DNA of 63,482 bases, filler included, from Hyphochytrium catenoides (lineage: Eukaryota; Protista; Hyphochytriomycota), in the NCBI GenBank assembly GCA_900088475.1. It is 7 parts of 7 records of this genome, joined end to end, with 100 filler letters (N's around TTAATTAATTAA, not from the genome) between each part and the next. Parts side by side here need not be neighbours in the genome. Positions count along the whole stretch, not along the records: positions 1 to 25,960 come from FLMG01000169.1; 6 more parts are not named here. One strand, 5' to 3'. This document shows positions 1 to 11,101 of the stretch, piece by piece; the stretch's first letter is position 1; every line of letters starts with the position of its first letter. The notes under the pieces are model-generated. The model had not been told where the DNA came from. It ran no database searches and saw only the letters and a list, made by a program, of their open reading frames with translations. Position numbers and translations under genes: made by a program.

Positions 1-64
1 GAGAGAGAGAGAGAGAGTGAGAGAGAAAGAGAGGAAGAGAGAGAGAAAGAGAGAGAGTGAGTGT

Positions 65-97
<33 letters not shown>

Positions 98-126
98 AAA
101 AGAGAGAGAGAGAGGGAGGGAGGGGG
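1..126 (+). repeat. (GA)n microsatellite
   Basis: Near-pure GA dinucleotide run at the window start. Confidence 0.95.
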
Positions 127-1438
127 GACACCCAATGCTCTTTTCTTACACTTTGTAGGAGGGTAGGATGGCAGCCATTTGGGTGGGTAGGGCCTGTAGA
201 CTTAGTACTACTATAGAGGTCAAGCCCATCCATCCTTCTTTATAATGGGTTGGTCGGTCGATGTCTAAGAGTTCTTTAGTGAGTCCAAGCAACGGGTCAA
301 ACGCCTTCAAAAGCAAGGCAACACCATCTAACACCTAAACGGCGGAACATCTTCGAGTATAGTTTTATGTAGGTTTTTTGACCCTTTACGTCAAAGTGAA
401 CAATATCTATAAAAAAATAACAAAACAATCAACATTTTGGTTACTCCTTCTAAGTTTTCTTTTATGCCTACTCTATAAAAGTTGAGGAGTGCCTTCCTAG
501 TTAGTAGACTACTGTCTAGAGAATATATGGAGAAATGTACTATTTATACGGAAGAGCATTATATTTTTAAGGTTTTCTCCGAATTGAGACAACTGGCCAA
601 TGAGATGGGACCTTACGGCAGCTTTATCGGAGACAAATAGGATTTGTGAAGGGAATTGAACATTTATTGTATTAGAACAATAGGTTTCCCAAAGGAAGAG
701 CTAGGAAGGCACAGGATTGAGGATCAAATGCGATCTTGAGGGCAAGTTGTCTTCCCACCTGTCCCACCCACCCTATCGACCAACAGAAATGCCTAGGCAT
801 CTGACCCCACAGCCCATCAGCCGTCGTCCTCCCACCCACCTCCACCTCAGATTCCCACCCAACAGCGCCTCATCCCGCATATAAAACGGCTGACCTGGGT
901 CCTAACATATCAAAATCAATCATACAAAAGTAACTAGAATCAGACATGGAGGTAATCAGCGTAAGATTACCGCATTTGTCTCGGTTTCTATATTCAGTTA
1001 CTGGTTTTCTGTTCTGTTCCCCTTTGATTCTTGTAAACTTCACAGCTTGAAAGATACATTAGTATGAAACCTATTTAGGGTTATAGGTCTTAGAGTATTT
1101 AACAGTTGAAGCCTTCGGTATAAGTTTCGTTCGTTTCACAAGGGTGATGCCATCTGGACATTGTGATTCTTGTCTGGCATTTTCTGCGCTCATGAAGACG
1201 GAGATTATTGGCCACATTTCTGAAGATTATTGCGTTCTTTCCATCAATCTTCTTGATTCGCATAAGCTCGTCGCTGCAACTGTCCAGAGCTTACAGGCTT
1301 CTGTGTATTGGCCGCAAAGTGTCGGTCGTTGCTCTGCGAGAAGGATCGGAACCAGCTGAAATAAGAAGCGCTGCGTTAGGAGGGGAACACCTTAAGGGTT
1401 GATCGGGCCTAAACAAGCACCTGAACGACAAAACAACA

Positions 1439-2731
1439 ATGAGTGATTCACAAGATGGTAGCGCATACTCAGTGGCTGGGGCGAATAGGCAGCCCGCTGC
1501 AGTCAACACGACGACCGGCTCTGGTGGTGAAAGCGCCCGGAACCCTCTCTCTCCTCACCCAGGCGCCACACCTTCTCCTCTTCCTTCTCCTCCTTTATCT
1601 CCAACTTCTACAGCCAGGAGACAACAAGGAGGAGATAACTACCTTCGTGCAGGACGACCATTCCTTCTCGTGGATGGTGAGACGGGGACAATCATGATGA
1701 CAGCCAACAAAGTGAATTACGTACAGGTGAGAAGCGCCGAGAGAGAGGAAGGATACCAAGGATCTTGGATCGTTCCTGGCCTACCTCTGCTCCAAGCCGT
1801 CTTCTTTCTGGGTTCTCCCCCGTCCAATTTCTCTTTTTCCTGCCCCTCTCTTGTCTCTCCGAAGACTGTGAACTTCTTTTATAGGCTGTCCTTCGTTCGT
1901 GGTACTCTCTTCTCTATCCTCTCTCTTCTCTTGCAGCTGTCTAATACCTGCAGTTTCTCTGGAAAGTCGCTTAGCCTTCTCTTACCCTTCTCTCTCTCTC
2001 TCTCTCTCTGTATATATATATATATTTATCTTTCTCTCTCTCTCTTTCCGGCGATTGTCAGGCTCTTCACACCTCTTTAAAGCTCTCCGGTCGAGAGATA
2101 ATGGAGCTTGAGAAGGTTTATCCATCTGAGGACAGTAGAATCTATAGTGGAGACCTGGTCTATGTCCGCAGCCACTATCAGCAGATCAGAGGGCAGATGC
2201 TTTCTTCCTTTGTTACCTGGTCCAGCAGCAGAGACAGCAAAGCACAATTTATGATCCAAGGACAAGGGCTTTCTCTCTCTGGGGCTGCAGGGGTAGGCCT
2301 TCACTCTCTTCCTGTCTCCGCCGCCTCTCTCTTTCTCGCTTTGTCCTCCTTTTGTTATTTGCTTGTTATCCTTTCTTTTCCCTCATGTTCTCCCTCTCTC
2401 TGTTTAATTTCCTCTCTTTCAGGCCTCCATTTTACCCCTTCCTCTTTCTTCATGAAGGTCTCTCTCATTCTTCTTCCACCACCTTCTTCTCTTTTTCTCT
2501 TCCTTGATCCATATATATCTTAAGCTCTTCCCTTTTATCTGTTCCTTGCTTCAAAGTGATGCCTTCTGCGGCCTCTCTCTAACAAGGACTGCCTCCTTCA
2601 GCTGTCTCTTCCTCTTCCCCCATTGCTCTCCCTCTTTCTCTCTTACACATACTGTCTCACTGACCGATATTGTTCTTGGGTTTCTCTCGTACGCCCACCT
2701 AGACTGTCTCACTCACATACGAACTCTCTTT

Positions 2732-2772
<41 letters not shown>

Positions 2773-3654
2773 CTCCCTCCCCTTTCTCTCTCTCTCTCCC
2801 TCTCTCTCTCGCTCTTTCCTTTACCACAGCGCGCTCCTCTTACTCTGGACGCCTCCTTCACGCTCGTATCCCAACACTGGGGAGATCTCTCTCTTGGTCG
2901 GACCATGGACGAGCCTTTCGATGACTTCTCAAGTTATCACGCTTCTCTCTCTTTCGGCTACTTGTGCCTTGGCAAGCCTTCCAAGTCCTGGTTCATCCCT
3001 ATGACCTTTAAGGCAATCCCTACCTCGAAAGACCAGCGTCTTCCGCCCGTTCTCTCTCTCCCTCCTACCCGTTCTCCACAGATGGCTTTCAGCTGTGTGA
3101 GATGTGGAGCAGCGAATGTGGCGCAGCATGGAAGTGGACGCGTTGTCCAGTGCGGGAACTGTCTCTCTTACAATCGTCTCCCTTATGTCCCTGCCTACCG
3201 TCCAGTCACCTCTCTCTCTCTCCTTTCATCTCCTCTCCTCGTCCGCACCGTCACTGTTCCAGTCACTTCGTATACGACTTATCAGGTCCAGCAAACGCCA
3301 GCGGGAGAAGAGAGATATCACTGCCCACAGTGCGGTGCTCTCTTCACAGATATGAACGCTATTATCAACCATGTGGACCAGGCTCACGGCGCAGCATCGT
3401 CTCTCTCTCTTTCTTCTCCTCCACCCTATTCCGCTGCTAACTCTTCTCCTCCATCCGCGGCAACAGGAGGAGAGAGAGAGGCGGGAGAGAGATCTCAATG
3501 TCCTCTCTGTGGAGTTGTTCTTCCGTCCGCTGTGGCCGCTGTGGAGCATGTGGAGGCGGCGCACAAGGCTCAAGGCGCGCTTCCTAGGAACTTTTGCTCT
3601 GTCTGTGGATCAAAGTTAGAAGACGGAAGGTGCCCACAAGGACACTCTGTGTAG
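1439..3654 (+). CDS. Multi-zinc-finger protein (~447 aa) with a putative N-terminal beta-trefoil-like domain; exons 1439-1726, 2062-2292, 2830-3654
   Basis: Two phase-0 GT-AG introns (1727-2061, 2293-2829) join three ORF segments in frame. The C-terminal part has CVRC..VQCGNC (LSD1-like), two C2H2/UBZ-like motifs (CPQC..HVDQAH, CPLC..HVEAAH) and a terminal CSVC..CPQGH. Confidence 0.8.
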
Positions 3655-4057
3655 ACAGAGGAAGGACGGACAGGGAAGGATGAGGGAGAGAAGAGAGACA
3701 GTAAGTAGAGGAAAGAGAGGGAGAGACAGAGAGAGAGAGACAGAGAGAGAGAGAGAGNNNNNNNNNNNNNNNNNNNNNNNNNNNNNNNNNNNNNNNNNNN
3801 NTCGGTATCACTTGCTACCCTCGCCACACTACGTGGAGAGAGAGAGAGAGAGAGACACTGCTTTCCTCTCTTTGTGGTTTACGTCTCTATTTGACATCAC
3901 AGCAGTGTGTCTGTCTTCAAAAATAGCTTGGGAGAGAGGAAGGGAAGAAGCGCGCTGAGATTCATTGCCAGGCTCTTTCTCCTATAGTACACTTCAATCC
4001 TTTTCGCTCCTTCTTGTTCCTGTCAATCTTCCTCTTTTCTCTCTTGACTTCTCTTCC

Positions 4058-4122
<65 letters not shown>

Positions 4123-4321
4123 CTCTCTCTCTTTTCCTAAGTGGTCCGTCTTCTGCATTCTCCACTGCTGCACTCTAGACATCAAAGGCAAACATATGCG
4201 CGGTGCATAGCCTTCTCTCTTCAGTCTCTCTTTTTCTCTCTCCTCTTTCTCTCCTCCAATCTTGTTGTCTTAGAGCATACCTCCTTTTGTCTCTTTTTCT
4301 CTCTCCTCTCTCTTCTCCCCA

Positions 4322-6764
4322 TCATCTGTCCTCGAGCCAGAGTGTTACTGTTCGCCCTGTTATTCCCCCCGAGAGAGAAACAACCTCCCCCGCTTGGACC
4401 TCTCTCTCTCCTCCTCCCATTGCCATTCCACTTTCTCTCTCTCCTGGGGAAGTGACAGCCAAAGCACAGATTCTCCAGTGCAATTCTGGGTCGAGAGAGG
4501 AGAGAACCTGTCCTCCAAGGAGAGAGATCTCCCACCAGTAGAGAAGATGAGTGATGCGCCCGGAGGAGTGGATCTGTAGGTGAGAGACGAGGAGAAGAAA
4601 GAGGAGAGATCAAAAAGGGAAGAGAGATTAAAGGGAGAAAGATGGAAGTGAGAGACGGAGGATATTTCTCTAGCGAGTCAGCAAGAGGAGAGGAGCCTGA
4701 CACATAAAAGAAGGGAGAGAGAGAGAGAGAAAGAGAGAGCGAGGGAGAGAAAGAGAGGGAGAAGAGAGAGAGAGAAAGAGAGAGCGAGGGAGAGAAAGAG
4801 AGGGAGAAGAGAGAGAGAGAAAGAGAGAGAGAGAGAAAGATAGAAAGGTAGATAGTCAACGAGAGAAAGAGAGAGGGAACAGACAGGGAGAGAGAGAGAG
4901 AGGCCAGACCTACCTTAAGAGGCGCCTCTCCATAGGCAATAAAGCCTTGAGGACTGGGAAGAGGACGCTCAAGAGAAAGAGAGACGAGAGGCGTTGCCTC
5001 GCTGAGAAAGTGACAGGTGTGTTGACGTATGTCCAGTCCTGAGAGGGCTTGAACCTAGGGAGAAAGGGAAGAGAGAGAGGAGAGAACAAAGAGAAATGAG
5101 GGCAAAAAAGAAGAGAAAAGCAAGGTGGAGAGAGGAAGAATGGAAGTGATAGTAAGGCGGAGTAACCCAGTAGAGGAGAGAGAGAGAGAGAGAGAGAGCG
5201 AGAGAAAAAGAAAGGATCAGANNNNNNNNNNNNNNNNNNNNNNNNNNNNNNNNNNNNNNNAAGAGAAAGAGAAGAGAGAGAAAAGAGAAAAGGAAGGGGG
5301 CCAGGCGGTGAGGGAAAGAGAGAGACGAAGGTTACCCTGAACTCATTAATCGCCGACAGGTTAACAGGCGCTCCAACCTCGTCTACTTGTCCTTCTAAAG
5401 AGTTGAGAGAGAGAAGAGAGGGACTCTGTACTGCCTGAACGATCAGTCTAACACCTGTGAACAGACTTCTTCTCTCTCTCTTTTCTTCTCTTCTCTCTTC
5501 TGCCCCGGAGAGAACCTCCAGGAGATTCTCCCAGACGCCTCCATTCCATCTCCCGGTAAAGTCTATGAGATCGGGAATGACTATGGCGGAGCTGGAAAGC
5601 TGAGTAGATTGAGAGAGAGAGGGAGAGAGATAAGAAGAGAGAGAGGAAAAGACTATTTCCGCGTTTGTCTTTCTCTTCACTTTCTCTATGAACTCCTGGC
5701 TTTCCTTTGCTGAGCGAGAGAGAGAGAGAATGCAGATCCGCTGGATGTCTGAGGGAAAGACTTTTCCTAGCAGTGTTTCTAGGGGAAGACCGCTCCCAGG
5801 AGAGAGAAGAAGGACCAAATCGATAGGTCCTAAGCCTAATGCTCCCAGGGCAATCGCGGTTGAGCGAGAGAGAGAAGAGAACATCTTTTTACTATTGCAT
5901 CTTGCAATATCCACCTCTTCTACCAAGAGAGGAGAGAAGCTAGGGAGAGGAAAAGGAGAGAGAGAGGGTGCAGGAGAGAGTGGCGTCACCGTGAAAGAAA
6001 ACTGGTCTCTCTCTTGCCCAAGAGATATTCCAATCTCTATCTCTTCTCCTTCGGAGAGAAAGAGAGAGTGTCTTAGAGGAAAGACAGCTTGCTCCCAATG
6101 TGAGCTCCGGTACCTTTCTCCTGTGCCTTTCTCTCCTGGCTCTCTCTCTCTCCTGCCGAGTGAAGGAGAGGAAGAGGAAAGAAGATGGACGCCCGGCCAC
6201 AAGAGAAGATCGAACCAGAGGACAACGGCGTCCAGTCTTCCGCTTTCTTTTACTCTTGCCCGTATTGAGCGAGGAGAGAGAGAGGAGGAGAGAGAGGGAG
6301 AGAGAGAAGTGAAAGCGAGGGACGGGCCCTGAATGACCTCTGTCAGCTCTTTGGAGGTACCCTGTCCTACTCTTTCGCAGAGATACGGAGAGGAGGTAAA
6401 CAGCCAGCAATCAGGAGGAAGGAGAGAAGACCAAGCATCTCTCTCACCCTCTTCCGTCTCTCTCTCTCTCTCTGCCTTTCCCCAGCTCTTCGCCTCAACT
6501 CTCTTCTTCAGCTCCTCGCCTAGCTCTACGCAGACGAGAGAGAGAGAAGCCGACTGCGGGATAATTGCTCCTCCTGGCTTGAGGAGAGACGTGGATCCAT
6601 GGAGGAGAGAAGGCAGGATTCTCTCTCCCAGGAGACCGCTATCTACTGTCTCTGTTACAATGAGGTCAACACCTCCCTACATGGGAGAGAAAAGGAAGAA
6701 GATTAGGGCAGGAACCTTTCCTCTTTCTTTGTTGCTATATCGTTCTCTCCCCGCTGTATTCTTT

Positions 6765-6808
<44 letters not shown>

Positions 6809-7129
6809 GAGTCTCTTTCTATTTGCTACGTTGTCCTTAGGGTGGTAAGGGGTGAAAACGAGAGAGAAGAAGAGGAGAGAGAGAGAGAAGCAAATACGGG
6901 ATTCGCCATAGCAATGCCTCAATGAGAAAACAGCATTGATTTAAAAGAGATACTCCGAATAAGAGGCGCATGAAAGCGACAGAGCACACAGGGAGATAAG
7001 AGAGAGGGTGAGGAAGATAGAAGAAGAGAGACGATGGGATGAGAGGCAGAAGAGAGAGAGAGGGAGGGAGTTGGCAGGCAGAATAAAGCTAGAGTCGGGA
7101 GAGACACCTACCGATTATGACATATATAA

Positions 7130-7173
<44 letters not shown>

Positions 7174-7393
7174 AGAGAAGAAGAGAGAGAAAAACAAAGT
7201 TAGAAGCCCCTCGGGAAAGGCCACACCTCTGGCACGTCTTCTCCTTCCTTCAGCTGGCTGGAGTTCTTGGCCTGGATAGTAACCTTCTCCTGAAGGCCGT
7301 TCTGCTGCAGAACCTCAAGGCAGACGCTGGCCATCACGGCTGACTCCTGCACAGAGACATTCCTTAGACTCTCTCCTTCCAGATAGCACGCAG

Positions 7394-7435
<42 letters not shown>

Positions 7436-8315
7436 GAACGAGAGAGAAGAGAGAGAGAGAAACGAGAAGAACCAGACTTAAGAGAGCGGCAAGAGAGGTT
7501 CCCTTCCGTGCCTTCTTATCTGAGTAAAGCAAAGAACAAAGGAGACTGTAGAGGACGAGAGAAAGAGAAAGAAGAGAAAGGCCTAACAGAGAGATGCAAC
7601 ACATGTAACTCTGGGGCAGGAAAGGAAAGAGAGGCTAACAAAGAAGGAAGCCTCACGGGTTCTGACATCTTAACCGTACCAGCAGAGTAAGAGCTGAAGA
7701 AAGAGAGAGAGACGCAGAGAGAGACACCTTAAAGAGCGAGATTATCGCTTAGGCCGAGGAAGAGAGAGAGGGGACAGAACGAGGGAGAGGAGGTGGAGGA
7801 AGAGGAAAGAGAGAGAGAGAGACTGGTTGGACGCAGCGAGATAGTGTCTTACCTCACAAGCGATGACGGTACTCGCGCCCTGTTTCGCTGCAATCATTGA
7901 GAGTAAGCCTGTCCCCGCCCCGATGTCGAGGCAAGAGAGAGAGAAAGGATGTGATTCTTCTTTTCTAATTTCTCTTTCTCTCTCTTGATGTCGGGAGGAT
8001 TGCAGAGATCTGATCGCTAGAGTTATAGCTTGCGCGTAGGCACTGTTCCTCTCTTTGTCATTGAGCATCGAGAAGTGCCAGCGGGGAACTATCTAGGAAA
8101 GAGAGTCAGTCAGGTCTGCACATCGTTGCTCTTCCTCTATTCCTGTCTAATCCCGTCTTGCAACCTCCGCACCTTTCCACTAATCTCTCCCTCTCCCTCT
8201 TGTTTCTCGTCTCTCTAAAAGAGACAACTTAGATGCAAGTTTTTCCCCGAAGAGGAAGAGGGAAAGAAGACCTCGAGACGTAGGGGCGAAGCGAGGAACG
8301 GCCAACTTGCAGAAG

Positions 8316-8382
<67 letters not shown>

Positions 8383-8822
8383 AGAAAGCGAATGAGAGGA
8401 AGGGAGAGACTATTCATCCCAAGGCTACCTTGGCCTTCAGACTGTCGTAGGTGGCATGGAAGTCTGCGGTGATGTCTCTGAAAGGCTGGCGAATCCCTTC
8501 TCCCTCCTTACAGCAGAGCAAAGCGCGCCAGTCTTTCTCTCCCTCTCTCTCTCCTTCTCTCTCTTTCCCTCCAGCGCTGTAAAGAGTAGCTAGAAGCTCA
8601 AGAAGCCCCAGCCGAAGAGCTCCCAATCCAGCGCGAGTGGCAGAAGAGAGAGACTCTTCTTCTTCGTCTTCATCTTCTGATTCCTCTTCTTGCATCTCAT
8701 CACTACTAACTCCTCGCTGAGAGAGAGAGAGAGAGAGAGTGAGAGAGAGAGAGAAAGGCTGTTGTGAGAAACGGAGGAAGAGAAAGTATGAGAGGCGCTC
8801 TCGAGGAGGTTGAAGGGCTAGC

Positions 8823-8869
<47 letters not shown>

Positions 8870-8962
8870 CCCCCGAAGAACTAGGGAGGCACAGAGAAGA
8901 AGGGAGGCACACAGACACACACATACAACCTGAGAAAAAGAAGAGAGAGAGAGAGAAAAAGA

Positions 8963-8994
<32 letters not shown>

Positions 8995-9374
8995 AAGAGA
9001 GAGTCTAACAGTGGTAAGCAGAGAAAGAATGACGATACCTGCTCTTCTTCCCTGGCTATCGCTGCCAGCGCGTTGAGAGAGACGTTGACAAGCTGACAAG
9101 CGGAAGAGAGGTCTCCTCTCTCCAGAAGAGAGAAAGAGTGTACTCTCAGCGCTGTCAGAAGGTCTCTCCAGACCTCCTCCACCGCTACCAGCTCCGGTGC
9201 ATCACGAAGGGCAAAGACTAGGAGAGAGATGGCCTGCGGCAACTTACTTTCTCTCTCTTTCTCTCTCGTGAGGCTCGTCACTCTTTCTTCATCCCCCTGA
9301 AGCTCTCTACGAATGAGTCTTCGCGCAGCGCGGACACGGTCTATAGGACCGGCGGCGCCGCCCTTACGGCTCAT
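4322..9374 (-). CDS. PRMT9: Protein arginine N-methyltransferase 9-like (PRMT7/9 family, tandem MTase folds), multi-exon
   Basis: ATG at 9374 (MSRKGG..). Helical N-terminus, then IVPRWHFSMLNDKERNSAY, motif I CLDIGAGTGLLSM, double-E loop VTETVDSGLLGE, LLKPGGAIIP, GRLDAVVLWFDL and THW-like loop SSHWEQAVFP. A second degenerate fold ends GRITHLLYWWEISL..HWR..; TGA at 4324-4322. A small N gap (5222-5260) lies in an intron. Confidence 0.85.
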
Positions 9375-10510
9375 ATTCAATAGAGGTTTCTCTCTCTTTC
9401 TCTCTTTCGCACGGTCTCTCTCTCTCTCTCTCTTGCCCCTCTCTCTGTCTTGTCTTACTCCTTGAACCCACAGCCTCGCTTGACGGCCATGAAATATGTC
9501 ATTGTCCTCTGACTTCAAAGGCAGCTTGATGCCGTCTGTTGACAGTGCTTGCGCTCCAAAAAAGAGAACGTGCTCTGTCTCTTAGACCTAATTCATCTGC
9601 CGCGTTCTTCGTTCAGCTGAACTTTTGTCTCAGTATGCCCACTATCTCTTTCACTTTTTTCTGTCTCTCTCTCTCGTTCTCATCTCCCTCTTTTTCTCTC
9701 TCTTTCTCTCTCTCTAGGCTTCGGCCAGAGCTCCAGAGCTTTCAAAGCTCAGACGATTCTCAACGCCCCAGACCCAGAGAGGATCAGAGTTCATGATTGT
9801 TGGAAGCCTCAGAAAGATTTTGTCAGCAACAGCATAAAAAGCTTTTTTGTCCAAACATTAAACACCCATAAAAAGACAAAGAACGCAAATAAAAAGAGCC
9901 TTATGATTGGCTTAGAGTAAGTTTAATTGGAACATTGACCAATAAGAATCGTCCAAACTATTGTAGGCAATAAAATCTACATAAAAAGCTTCAGAAGCGC
10001 GCTGAATCTCATCAGACTCTTGTCTGAGGAGCTCTAACGCCAGATGAAGGTCTGCAGATCTGACTGCAGAAGGAGGGCCTTTGGCCGTCAAGGTTAGAGG
10101 AACACTTAGACGCCGCTAAGCAATAAATGGAGAGTTTACCATGGTAAAGTCGAACGTTTGGCCGGTGGAAGGAGAAGAGACTGATAGGTTGATAGGGAGA
10201 ATTGCAAGGCAGGCAGGCCCAACATTTGCCGATGTCACTGTAGATTATGATAGCGCTTTCTTCTATCTTGTACCCTCGCCTTTGGGCATCTTGCTATCTG
10301 TCTCTCCTTCGCCTGGCTGCCTTTGCTTAGGAGAGGGAGAAGCTAGTCTGCTGGATCTCTCCCGGCGCACTTCATCGTCCACAGCTCTGTCTCCGCGCCT
10401 TTCCGCCGCTTATAATGCCTCGGCAGCAAAACGACAGCATCGCCTAAGAGGATAGGGACTCTAGGTCTATGCTATTCCCATACTTCGTTTTCTTCTCTCT
10501 CCTTCTCTCT

Positions 10511-10566
<56 letters not shown>

Positions 10567-10598
10567 GCCTAACAATGTATAACAACTGCATCCGCAGG

Positions 10599-10932
10599 TT
10601 AGCTAAATATGCTGTCATGTGAGAGGAGAGGAGAGACGTTGAGACTGCTTTCCACCGTGAGGCTGGCAGCGCGTACCGCCGCCTTGCAGCTCTCTTCCAA
10701 GCTTCTGCCTTCTAAGAGTCCGCAGATGACAGCAGCAGCCAGAGTATCGCCTAGAAGAGAACAAGAGAAGCGCATAATGAAGAGAGAGAGAGAGAAATGC
10801 AGGGAGAAAAGAGTTAGAAGTAGAAGGCAAAAACTTAGGGTTTGCTCGCGAGAGGATGGCGCAAGAGAGCAGAAGTGGAAGTGTGGCTACAATGTCGCTG
10901 GTCTCCGTATAAGACCGAANNNNNNNNNNNNN

Positions 10933-10977
<45 letters not shown>

Positions 10978-11062
10978 CACCAATCACCTGCATTAAACAA
11001 CCAATCTCGATGAGACAGAGAGAAATAAGATAGACAGGAAGACAAAAGCGAAAGAGATACGA

Positions 11063-11101
<39 letters not shown>

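Noticed and set aside
10141-10455. 104-aa plus-strand ORF, and a minus-strand frame broken only by TAA/TAG that suggested stop-to-Gln recoding (similar at ~53527-53743)
   Set aside because: No recognisable homology. The confident genes terminate with TAA, TAG and TGA and have no internal stops, so the code is standard.
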